Of a DNA stretch of 64,000 nt, positions 25,955 through 35,800 are shown piece after piece (the first letter of the stretch is position 1; the number at the start of each line of letters is the position of its first letter). Location: positions 7,279-71,278 of the IMG/VR virus record IMGVR_UViG_3300015063_000003. One strand, written 5' to 3'. The translations under genes were made by a program, and so were the position numbers. The notes beneath the pieces are model-generated. The model was not told the origin of the DNA. It worked only from the letters and a program-made list of their open reading frames with translations, and searched no databases. The DNA comes from a virus.

Positions 25955-26805
25955 CCTCACAAGAATGGGCAACCTGCGTCGATCCCGCCGCGATGTGGGC
26001 GGTGGTACGGGATCGAGCGACGGAACGGCAGTGCCAATTTTTCGTGGAGGCGTGCCGAGCGGAAGGCGAACGCATCGACCCTGGACACTGGACTTGGAAT
26101 CACGTCCCGCCGATGGTGTGGAAGGATATAGCGGCGGATTGGGCAGGCTTACCGAGCGATCCGGTTGGAGCTTGCAAGGTTCCTCTCACCTACCGCGCTG
26201 ACCTGCTGCGAGAGGTATTCGGCGATCCGTTCAAAAAAATGCTGGAAGGTTTGCCTTGGGTCGAAGGCGTTGTGGCAGGTGACACCAGCGATTGCATTTT
26301 CATCGACCCCGCATGGTTCACCTGGAACGATGGCACCGTGGCGAAGTTGGCGGCGGCGGTGGCTGGTGTCGTTTCGCAAAAATGTCGGCATTGTTTTGGC
26401 GATCCTGATTCTGTTGTCTATTGCAAGTATTGCCGTGGAACATCGCAATCAACGGATGACATTTGCCAACTTTGTAGCTACGGACTCGGCGAAGCTGTGC
26501 TGGCTGAACGAACTCGATGCGAAGAATGCGTCAATGGATACATTGCCGAGCAAGGAGATTGGGACTTGTCAAAAATCCCGATTCTCGCCGACGCCCTTGA
26601 GGAGGCCGGTTGCCGCGACGAGACGCTGCTGCGGCATCTGCGCGGGGAGGAAGTGTGCCCGTGGTGTCACAAAGGCTGGGTACGAAACAATGAGACTGGT
26701 ATGGCAATGTGCGACCATTGCAACGGCACCGGCATCAGCCGCGTCGAGCATCATCCTGGGTGTCACGTGGTCGATATGCTCTTGCCAGAGGAGATGAAGC
26801 GATGA
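25951..26805 (+). CDS. Gemmataceae-type repeat-associated protein with inserted zinc fingers
   Basis: LLREVFGDPF, WNDGTVAKLA, PILADALEEAGC.DE.LLRHLR, HHPGCHVVDMLL. Confidence 0.65.
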   Translation: MTSQEWATCVDPAAMWAVVRDRATERQCQFFVEACRAEGERIDPGHWTWNHVPPMVWKDIAADWAGLPSDPVGACKVPLTYRADLLREVFGDPFKKMLEGLPWVEGVVAGDTSDCIFIDPAWFTWNDGTVAKLAAAVAGVVSQKCRHCFGDPDSVVYCKYCRGTSQSTDDICQLCSYGLGEAVLAERTRCEECVNGYIAEQGDWDLSKIPILADALEEAGCRDETLLRHLRGEEVCPWCHKGWVRNNETGMAMCDHCNGTGISRVEHHPGCHVVDMLLPEEMKR

Positions 26806-26945
26806 ACACTCGCGAAGCCTTCGAAGCCGCTCTTGACGAAGACCCATCCGACCAGGTGACGCGGGCCATCTACGCCGACTGGCTGGGCCAATGGGCAAAA
26901 AACAAGCCTACTCTCGAAACACTTCAGGCAGATGACCTCGCATGA
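26802..26945 (+). CDS. stand-alone TIGR02996-type peptide (47 aa)
   Basis: AFEAALDEDPSDQVTRAIYADWL; ATGA overlap. Confidence 0.7.
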   Translation: MNTREAFEAALDEDPSDQVTRAIYADWLGQWAKNKPTLETLQADDLA

Positions 26946-28125
26946 TCTGCGTTCGCCAGCCCTCGCGAGCGTTGTCACGAAAGTCTTGCCGCCAGCACAC
27001 ACAATCGACCTGACTACCGGCATAGAACGGCAAAACGCCGGCGTAGGTCCGATTCAGGTAGCCGCTCGTCCTCGAATAGATGTCGTCAAAGTATTGCGAG
27101 ACCCGCTCGGCCGCGATCGCGTTCGCCGTCGCCACGTCCGCCGCAAGCGGGTTGCCGTCGATATCGTACCTGATCGGAAAGTCGTCGTGGAGGAAATGAA
27201 CACCTTGAGCTCCGGTAAAGAACGCTGGAGCCGAGACGCTGACGGGATAGATCCCAGCCGTCGACCACTGGAGCGAATCACGCCTGACAGTCTCCTCCGT
27301 GCCGTAATACTGGTTCACGCGGCGAAAGTAGACGACGACCGTACCAGGCACGCGGCCACTGCCGCTATCGATCCAGTTGAGATCGTCCTCGATGAGACCG
27401 GCGTACTTCGTCGCCAGAGCGTCAAAAACGAGGTCATCGGCGCCCAGCGACACAATCCCGTAAGGCGATGCCTGCGTCAGGTCGCACGAGACGCCGAGCC
27501 CTACGTGTTCGAGCATACTGCACAGAGCGTTCCACGCACTGACGCCGGGTAGATTCCAGTTCGTCGGGGTTCCGCTAGGCGTCGTCGGCAGACCTGGATA
27601 CATCCCCAAGAACGAAGCCATTTGCCCCCAGAGGTTACCGATCATTCCTGACCACGTCCATGGTGTGCCAGCGTTGAGCGAGTTCGCGTAGTACAGCGTC
27701 GGATAGGCCGGAGCGAGCACGTTGTAATAGACGTTCGCGGGGTACTGGAACCACTCGTTCGCGAGGATGCCTTGCTGGTCGGTCAATTCGACGAGGTAGA
27801 CCGCTCCGGGATCATCGATCAATCCAGTCGTCACGCAGCGAGCCTGCACGATAGACAGATTCGTGAACGTCAGACCGGAATTCGTGTTGACATCGGCGAG
27901 GTTGAGCGTGAACGCATTGCCGTAACCCCTGACCTTGTCGTATCGGCTGCGTGTAAGGAGAATCCAGCCACGGACTGAATTCTGCCCGACAGGGACGTAG
28001 AGGCTATTGGCATAGTCGAGTTCAGGGATAGCGTCGCGGCGAAACCTCTGACGAAAGCGGCGAGCGTCGCGAGGATCGGTCAGAGGAACTTGGATTTTTG
28101 CCGTCCCAAAGGTGTTAACTGGCAT
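26908..28125 (-). CDS. putative virion tail/baseplate hub-like protein
   Basis: 405 aa, last gene of structural operon, beta-rich; family not recognised. Confidence 0.45.
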   Translation of the reverse strand: MPVNTFGTAKIQVPLTDPRDARRFRQRFRRDAIPELDYANSLYVPVGQNSVRGWILLTRSRYDKVRGYGNAFTLNLADVNTNSGLTFTNLSIVQARCVTTGLIDDPGAVYLVELTDQQGILANEWFQYPANVYYNVLAPAYPTLYYANSLNAGTPWTWSGMIGNLWGQMASFLGMYPGLPTTPSGTPTNWNLPGVSAWNALCSMLEHVGLGVSCDLTQASPYGIVSLGADDLVFDALATKYAGLIEDDLNWIDSGSGRVPGTVVVYFRRVNQYYGTEETVRRDSLQWSTAGIYPVSVSAPAFFTGAQGVHFLHDDFPIRYDIDGNPLAADVATANAIAAERVSQYFDDIYSRTSGYLNRTYAGVLPFYAGSQVDCVCWRQDFRDNAREGWRTQIMRGHLPEVFRE

Positions 28126-28685
28126 CAGTAGTCCTCGTCATCTAGCAGCAACAACAAGGCAACGCCGATCTCCGCTGCGTGTTGGCGACTGGGGGCCGAA
28201 GCATCCTGAAACCAGCGGTCGAACTCCTCGCGTTCTTCCTTGGTCCGCTGGCGTTTGGCCGACGATTCCGGCACGAACGCAGCCGGTCCGAGAATTTCCA
28301 TCAGCGTTGCAGGTGTCAATCTGGTCGATGACGGAACTACTGGAGAATTCGCGGTGACGTACGCCGGCGCTGTCTTGCTGTTGCTGCCCGCGGCGTTGGT
28401 CGCCGTCAGCAACACCGTGTATGACCCCGCCACCGCGTAGGTGTGCGACGGGTTCTGCGCCGTGCTGGTGCTGCCGTCTCCGAAGTTCCACGTCCACGAT
28501 GTCGGAGTGTTGGTTGATAGATCGGTGAACACCACGGACAACGGAGCGAGGCCGGACAACGGCGTGCCGCTGAAGTCGGCGACCGGCGGCGTGACCGGTG
28601 CGCCCTGCGCATAGCCCCGGCGAACCACCAGCGGGATTGCCCCATGAGGACCGTATCCCCTGGCCGGTATCGTGAAAATGCTCAT
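28125..28685 (-). CDS. PKD (Ig-like) domain protein
   Basis: VADFSGTPLSG.APLSVVFTDLS...WTWNFGDGSTSTAQNPSHTY...G.YTV.LTATN. Confidence 0.9.
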   Translation of the reverse strand: MSIFTIPARGYGPHGAIPLVVRRGYAQGAPVTPPVADFSGTPLSGLAPLSVVFTDLSTNTPTSWTWNFGDGSTSTAQNPSHTYAVAGSYTVLLTATNAAGSNSKTAPAYVTANSPVVPSSTRLTPATLMEILGPAAFVPESSAKRQRTKEEREEFDRWFQDASAPSRQHAAEIGVALLLLLDDEDY

Positions 28686-30043
28686 GCTCGATCAGCCCCG
28701 GTCGGATTGGTGGCGTCGTTCAACGTGACCACGAACGCGGTAGTGCTGTTGTCCAACTTCTGCACGGTGTAACTGGTGCCGCTGATGACGAAGTCCATCA
28801 GGTATTGCTGGATCGCGTACAACGCCTGTATTGGCGTCGGTTGCGTCGTATTAGCCGCATAGCTCTCGGTCATCGCCGTGGTGCCCTTAGCGAAGTTGTA
28901 GGCAGAGGTCAGCGTCATGGCGTCGCCGGCCTGCGCCGCCGTCTTCGCTGGATCATAGGCAGACGTGAGCGAGAATCCTGTCTTGTCGCTGACCGTTACC
29001 GCTGGCGTAGCGGCGTTGAGGCTGGTCTTCTGCGTCGAGGTGAAATCCAATGCCGACGCAAACGAGAAACTAGACGAGTTCATCGCGTATGCCCCGCCGC
29101 TGATCTGCGTCTGCGACACGTCATTGAAACCCGTGATGTTGGTTGTCTTCGCCAGCGTTAGCGGCGTGGACGTAGCGTTGAGATCCTTTCCGCTGCCGTT
29201 CTTGCTGAACGTGACGCCGTTACCGTTGCCGCCCGTCGATGAGCAGACGAATCCGTCCCCGCTGCTGCTGGTGAACGTCACGCCGCCGTTGGCTGCAACC
29301 GCTCCGGTCAGCGTGGTCGTGCCGCTGACTATGAGGTTATTGGTGATCGTGCAATGGTCGTTGGTGCCCGCGATGAATATGCCACCGCTCGCTCCCGGTA
29401 CGGCCCCATTGATTCGCAGGTCGTTGCTTCCGCTGGTCCCCGTGATAGCCCCGCTGAACGTCGTGGCGTTGGTGATCGTCAAGGCGTTGAATGTCGTGGT
29501 CCCAGTCGTGGCGAACGTCGATTGGAACGCGACTGCACCGCTAAACGTGACGGTCGTTGCCGACAGTGCCGCAAGGGAGGTTGAAGTAGTAACCGCGAAG
29601 GTAGATTGGAACGCAACCGCACCGGATGCCGTGATTGTAGTGCAGGACAGCGCGCCCGTAGTGAACCCAGACATCGTGGTTGCCGCATTGCTTCCAGCGA
29701 TGAGGAATCCACCAGAAGCACCGCCAGCGATGGTGAATGCCGCTGGCACCGTCTGGAGGTTGAGAATCGGAATAACGCGAATACCAGACGTGCTGCTCTT
29801 GCCGCTGATGTTGATGCTGTTGAAATTAGTCTCGCCTTGCGTGGCGGCGATGGTGTACGTGCCGGGGCTGTTGGTGGCGTCGTCCTCGGACGGGTGGCCG
29901 CTGCCAGTGGAGAACACCGTCACGCCACCGTTGTCGCCGTTGTAGTACAGCGTAATATTCGAGGCGTCCCCGGTCTTCGGCAAGTTGGTCGCCGTGTCGA
30001 TAGCCAGCACGGTTATGTGTTGCGAGCCTACGTTTTTTTGCAT
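28682..30043 (-). CDS. Ser/Thr/Ala/Gly-rich fibre-like virion protein
   Basis: Repeated SGAVAFQSTFA-type beta strands. Confidence 0.6.
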   Translation of the reverse strand: MQKNVGSQHITVLAIDTATNLPKTGDASNITLYYNGDNGGVTVFSTGSGHPSEDDATNSPGTYTIAATQGETNFNSINISGKSSTSGIRVIPILNLQTVPAAFTIAGGASGGFLIAGSNAATTMSGFTTGALSCTTITASGAVAFQSTFAVTTSTSLAALSATTVTFSGAVAFQSTFATTGTTTFNALTITNATTFSGAITGTSGSNDLRINGAVPGASGGIFIAGTNDHCTITNNLIVSGTTTLTGAVAANGGVTFTSSSGDGFVCSSTGGNGNGVTFSKNGSGKDLNATSTPLTLAKTTNITGFNDVSQTQISGGAYAMNSSSFSFASALDFTSTQKTSLNAATPAVTVSDKTGFSLTSAYDPAKTAAQAGDAMTLTSAYNFAKGTTAMTESYAANTTQPTPIQALYAIQQYLMDFVISGTSYTVQKLDNSTTAFVVTLNDATNPTGADRA

Positions 30044-30046
30044 GAG

Positions 30047-30730
30047 TTATTGCCCACCTATTCCTTGACTGCCGTAATACCACCACGGAGATAATACGCT
30101 CGGTGGTGCGCCGCCAGCTTTGAACGTCGCAATAGCTGCAACTGTTGCAACAGCGACAGGATAACTCCACGTCGGATTCTCCGCAGTCGCCGTTGTCTGC
30201 ACCAAATAAGCCATGCCGCCGCTGATTGAGTTGCCAGTCGGCGTGAACTGATCCGTAATTGTAAAACCACTGTCAATCGAATAACTGGTTTCTGCTATTT
30301 GGTAATTACCAACTCCGGTCACAACCAATTCATTATCGACAGATGGTGTAACGCTACCTGGCTGTAATGTCGCCCCTGTTCCAGCACCGCCATTCTGCTG
30401 ATCGAATGGACTGCTCGTAGAACCTGACCACGCCTCCACGTACAACGAGCCAAATTGTGTCGCCCCTGTTGATGAAAATGTGTGACTTGCCGAAGTAGAA
30501 GGTGACTGGCAATAAAAGAATGTACCCCTCGAAACACTGGAATCAACGTGGTCGGTTAGAGCTGTCCAGGTATTGCCAGCGCTGTCCGATACGGTCGGAC
30601 GCCCCACCCCGCTGTAGCTCAGCAGCCACAACACGATCAGGGTAGCCCCGGTCGTGTCGATGGACGGAGTGGTAAAACTACCGCTATCCGGCGACTGGGC
30701 TGCCGTATGTGCTATGAGTCCATACGCCAT
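30047..30730 (-). CDS. virion fibre/spike-like protein, paralog of the N-terminus of 30734..32422
   Basis: IDTTGA, ATLQPGSVT, DSGFTITD, NPTW. Confidence 0.6.
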   Translation of the reverse strand: MAYGLIAHTAAQSPDSGSFTTPSIDTTGATLIVLWLLSYSGVGRPTVSDSAGNTWTALTDHVDSSVSRGTFFYCQSPSTSASHTFSSTGATQFGSLYVEAWSGSTSSPFDQQNGGAGTGATLQPGSVTPSVDNELVVTGVGNYQIAETSYSIDSGFTITDQFTPTGNSISGGMAYLVQTTATAENPTWSYPVAVATVAAIATFKAGGAPPSVLSPWWYYGSQGIGGQ

Positions 30731-30733
30731 GAA

Positions 30734-32422
30734 TCACCCGAAAAAACTGATGAGCGGCTGCGCCCACCAATCGCCTAGCCTGTTCGCGCCGGTCGCATCA
30801 GGATGAACCCCGTCGCCGCCAGGAGGGTTTGCGACGAAATCGCTATACGCCTGCGTATCGCCAATCCGGATCGTCGTACCGTTGGCGATGGCTGCCAACG
30901 ACGCCTGGTATTGGACAATGAACGGCGTCGGAGTCCCAGCATCCCATCCAGCCGGTATGGGATAATTCAGCCAGCAACGCATCCCGGCGTTCACGATATA
31001 GTTGGCAATCGATTGCATGTTGCTCTGGTATGTCGTCGCCGCCACATCGAACGGAGACTTGCTATCATTGGCCCCGAGCGTCACCAGCACGTCCGTAACG
31101 CCAGCGGCAGCAAAATCAGCAAGCTGGACCGGAAATCCACCAGCAAAACCTCCAGACGATTGCCCGTTGGCACCCCTGTTTGTGATTGTAACTGCTCTGC
31201 CTAATGCTGTCGAAATCGCTACGCCGCACCGTTCAGCCGGACCTTGACCGTGGTTTAGATAGGTTGCGGCAGTGATGGAATCGCCAAGAAACCCGATAGA
31301 AATAGGAGGTCGCGACGTGGCAACGTCCCCGTTAGCGTCTGTGGTGATAGCGATGTATAAACACGGGTCAACCAGCACGCCAGACACGCCAGCCACAGGC
31401 GAACCAACTGCCTGTAAGCCACTGACTGCGGAACGGTATAGCTGCGTCGAGTATGGAGCCACGCCACCGTTGATGCCGGTGAAATCGAAACTCACGCTGC
31501 CTGCTGTGGCGAACGGTCCCGACAGTACCGGGGCTGAAAGCTGGGCTTGTTGGTAGGTGATTACGCAGGTTGCCGACAAAGAATCGGTCGCGTCCGTGAC
31601 GGTGACTGTAGCCGACCCCGCGCCGGTCGCAGGTGGCGTGTAGACGAACGCGGTCCCGCTCGTCGGCGAGGTTGTCGAGATGGCTCCTGCTCCATCCAGA
31701 GATGCCGACAGCGTGGCCGATGAGTTCCGCAGCATTGCCGTGATCGGTAGCGTGTTTACGGCATCAGTCGCGGTCCCGGTCGATGGAATAACCGTGAGCG
31801 ACGGCTGACCTGGCGGGCCTGTTGATACCGTGAAAGTCGAGATTGCTGCCGCTACGCCTTGGTTCAGGCCGGCGAAATTCCACGTCGGGTTTACAGGCGC
31901 TGCCGCCTCTTGGAAGAGGAATGCAAGCGATACCCCCGTGAACAAGACTTCCAGCGGATCGGTGATGCTGAATCCAGAATCAACGGTCGGCGTACCACTG
32001 CCAGGGCCAGCAAGTGCCGTCACGATCAGTTCGCCATTGTTACTCGTCGTCACGGGTCCAGGCTGAAGTGTGGCAGCCCCGTTGTTGTACAGTCCGAAGC
32101 CGTTCTGTTGGCCTAACGGATCGCTGTCAACTTCGCCGATATCGAAAGCGGCCACGGCGAGCGAGTTGCCAAACGGCGCGATCGAAAACGTGTGGCCAGG
32201 TCCGCACGTCGCATTCCAGCATCGCCAGATCGTGATAGTCGCGGCTGGCCCTCCATCGCCGTGATAGGATTCCCCCTCGTACCAAGTGTTGCCGTAGGAG
32301 TCCGTAGGGATTCCATCGCCGGTAACTTGCAGACGTGCCACCGCCGCGACGAGAAAATTAGCGCCCGTGGTGTCGATGGGTTGGCTTGTCGAGCCAGTGG
32401 TTATGTGCGTGATCGGAGGCAT
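30734..32422 (-). CDS. virion protein with C-terminal SGNH/GDSL esterase
   Basis: FLGDSIT, NRGANG, TLGAND, DGVHP. Confidence 0.8.
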   Translation of the reverse strand: MPPITHITTGSTSQPIDTTGANFLVAAVARLQVTGDGIPTDSYGNTWYEGESYHGDGGPAATITIWRCWNATCGPGHTFSIAPFGNSLAVAAFDIGEVDSDPLGQQNGFGLYNNGAATLQPGPVTTSNNGELIVTALAGPGSGTPTVDSGFSITDPLEVLFTGVSLAFLFQEAAAPVNPTWNFAGLNQGVAAAISTFTVSTGPPGQPSLTVIPSTGTATDAVNTLPITAMLRNSSATLSASLDGAGAISTTSPTSGTAFVYTPPATGAGSATVTVTDATDSLSATCVITYQQAQLSAPVLSGPFATAGSVSFDFTGINGGVAPYSTQLYRSAVSGLQAVGSPVAGVSGVLVDPCLYIAITTDANGDVATSRPPISIGFLGDSITAATYLNHGQGPAERCGVAISTALGRAVTITNRGANGQSSGGFAGGFPVQLADFAAAGVTDVLVTLGANDSKSPFDVAATTYQSNMQSIANYIVNAGMRCWLNYPIPAGWDAGTPTPFIVQYQASLAAIANGTTIRIGDTQAYSDFVANPPGGDGVHPDATGANRLGDWWAQPLISFFG

Positions 32423-32461
32423 CTTATTCCTTCTGCGTCAGGTCCAGGGAGCGATCATCGA

Positions 32462-32854
32462 TTATGCTTCTTTGAACGTGGTTTTTGACCCATCCGCGTG
32501 AGTGGCCTCGATCACACGTTTCTTACGTTCTGGAATCTTGATTTCCGGGATATCGATCTTCGGAATCTCTATCTTGAGATTGCCGAGTTTCTCCACCAGT
32601 GACTCGATGACTGCATCTCGTTTTGCCAGGCTCGCCAACGTCTCGCTGAGCAATTGACTGCTCGCCGCATTTTGCTCCTGAACCGCGTTAGCAAGCTTCT
32701 CGACCGCTGCAGCGAGTGCTGCAATGTCTTCCGATCGAGTCTTCTCCATCGAGAACTTGACGAAACTCGGCTCGGGCTGCTTCGTTCGTTCTGCGATGAT
32801 GACGCCGAGAGCCTTCATCAACGCTGGATCGATTTTCGTTCCGTTTCCATTCAT
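32462..32854 (-). CDS. hypothetical coiled-coil protein
   Basis: ATGA overlap with MuF stop. Confidence 0.6.
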   Translation of the reverse strand: MNGNGTKIDPALMKALGVIIAERTKQPEPSFVKFSMEKTRSEDIAALAAAVEKLANAVQEQNAASSQLLSETLASLAKRDAVIESLVEKLGNLKIEIPKIDIPEIKIPERKKRVIEATHADGSKTTFKEA

Positions 32855-35800
32855 GGCAACGCCCCTCGAATTTGCTCAAGGTACTCCGCCTCTCGCTCAT
32901 TCTCTGTCTTGCTGTCTGTTTTTCCGCCGCGTAATTGCTGCAAATATTCTACGCAACGCTCGTCTTCCGTCTTGTCGATGATAGGCTTTTTCATGCGAAC
33001 CTTCGTCACGGAGAGTTTCGCATCCGGGCCGCGTGGCTTGTACTCATCGTCCAAATCTTCGGCGTCAACGACTTCGAGCGAACCATCTCCGGCGATGCCG
33101 ATCCGCCATCGTTCTTCGCCATTGTCCGCGAGTGCCTTATTGCATGTGCGAACTGTCTCGGTCCAGACGCGATCGATCTCGTCCTGGTCAGCATCGTCGC
33201 CGACAGCTGATTCAACCTCGCTCTCGATATCGTCGAAGTAGTCGCCTTCGATGGCATCTCGCTCCGATTGATCCTCAGCTTCGGTCTTCTCGTCGTGATC
33301 TTCCCTCTCCGCGTCAACGGACTCAGTGTATTCGGTCGCCGCCTCTTGCATCTCCGTCTGTAAGTCAGCAATCGCCTCGTACAGAACGTCAACGTCTTGC
33401 TGGTTCGCCGCTTCGTCAACGGCGCCCGTCGCTTGCCACATCTTCTCCTTGAAGTCATCCTCACCGGCGAAGTCCAACTCGTCGCCGTGCGTCAGCCGCA
33501 GGTGCTTGCTCACCGCATCGAAGAACTCAAGCACGTGTCCCTCGACTCGTTCGCGAATTGCCTCGATCTTCTCTTCCTTGTCCTCTTCGGGCAACGCCTC
33601 ATCGCCGATCAAATCCTCGATCTCGTCCCGCTCATGGTCGAGGTGACGAGAAGCGTAAGCGTGATACTTCTGGGTAAACTCGCGGTCGTTGCCCTGAATC
33701 GCTGGGTTCACATCACCCGGCGTATAGATGACCGTCTTATCCTGACTGTCTTCCAGAAGTTCGCCCGTCTTGAACTTCTTGTACATGTGCGTCTTGGAGT
33801 CGTTGATCGGAGCCTTTTCCTCCTTCGTCGCCTTCGCGATCACGTCTTCCGGAATCCACTGGCCACCCGGATAGAACTCGCCGCCGATGGTCACTCCGCC
33901 CACGGGCGAATGCACCTGGGCAAACATGGCGTTGACCCCCATCGCGAAGCCCATCGAAAACAATCGACCTTGCTCACGCTTCACCTGGAAGAATTCGTTC
34001 GTGTCCGCTTCGAGGCTCTCGCCGTGAATCTCGCGTTTCTTATGCTTGACCTTCGCGGGTTTCTTCTTCGGTTTTTCGTCATCATCGGCGAAGAGGCTAT
34101 CGGATGGATTGCCAATTGACGCAAGCATTTTTCGTTCGACATCACGCATCACAGATGATTTGTCTTTACGGTCAAAACCAAATTCCTCGGCTATCTCGCG
34201 TGGCGACATCGTATTCAGTCGCTCTGGGTCGGTCAAACCAAGTGGCTTTAGGAGTTCTTTTGACGCTTCGCGAAATGCCGCGGTTGCTTCGGTCTCTGTA
34301 AAAATGTGGGCTATCTTGGCATTCGGTACAATAACTTCAGAGCCGGGACCGTCGATACTCTCGCCATCCAATGCAATAATCACTGGATCGCTGCCTGCTT
34401 CTTTAATAGGATCGGTGTAGTTTTCTCCCGTCACGGATTCTTTCACTCCAAGAAGCATGTCTTCAAGGGCATTGCTAAAGTTAGCGTGTCCGCTCGTTCC
34501 AGGCATTAGTTCGTCGGCATCAGTCCACATATTAGCTGACTTTTTCGGCAGTGGCTTTTTAGCATCGTGAATCCTGAAAGCAGTGGCTTCACCGGTGTCG
34601 GCGAAGCTTTTCGCAGCATCTCGATTTAAGGTGAGACTTTTGTGTAACTTTACTTTCGTCTTCGTCCGCCACGAATGCTTCTCATCCAGAGGCTCGACGT
34701 GGTCACTGGCGAAGCCCGGCGTGCCTTCGAGTTTGACCCGATTGCTGCCGTCCTCGCCCTTCACGATCTCGCCGACTCGCCCGTGCGTGTTCGCGTCCAG
34801 GCTGACGACCTTCGCACCCTTCGGCAGAGCGGCGAAGCCCTTGGCGTCTGCGGCGTGTTGTTCGGGGTCAGTCAGAACGTCCGCCTCGGCGACGCCTTCA
34901 GCACGCTCCAACGCCTGCTCTCGCTTCTTGCCGTGTAACTTCCGCTTGGCGTGATCGTCAACGATGTGCGATGCGATCTTGTCGGCGTCTCCAGAGACGT
35001 GGCCTTCGTCTGTGTCGATGCGGAATTCGTCGTCTGTCTTCTTATAAAGTCCAGTGTAATTATCCTCAACGAATTCGCCTTTCGCGTTCACCATCAGCAT
35101 GACGGTGCTGCGTTCATCGTTGCCAAGTTTCATCGGATGATCTAATTTAACGCTGACTTGACCGAAATTCCCACCGGCAGTGTCGTTTTCAATGCTGGTG
35201 ATTTTGCCGACGAAATCAGATTCCCCCAATCCAGGAACGGAATAACGTCCATGAACTTGCTGGCCTTTCGTCAGCTTTCGAGGTTTCCAATCGCGTTCTT
35301 TTTTGGGGACAACGTGTCGAACGGGCAATCCCCCAACGTGGTGCAGTTCACCGTGCGGGATCGCCCCGACCTGTTTTGCGAATCGCCCGTGGTCGTCGCG
35401 GTTCACGTCCTCTTCCTTGAAGCCGATCGAGAACGGCACGGCGTCTTCGTATTCGGCTTTTTTCTTCTTGCCCTTGCCGCTGTGTCTTCGCGACTCCGAC
35501 TTCTCGCCGTGCTCGTTCAGGTAGTCGAACGCCAGTTGATAAGCGTCCTCTGCGGCCAGCGATTCCGGGTTGCCATCCTTCAAGTAATCGAGCAACTTTT
35601 CTTGCTTCTCGGCGTCATCGCCTACGAGCAAGTGCGGGAATCGCCCCGATAGTTCGCGGGTCATCGTGTCGAAACCGGGGATATGCGTATGGTCGCCAGT
35701 CTCGCTCAGTTGCTTGTGATGGATCGGCACGCCCATCTTGCTCGCGTGCGTGCGTGCATCGTTCAGCATCGACTTGATATCGTTCACATTCTCATCGTGA

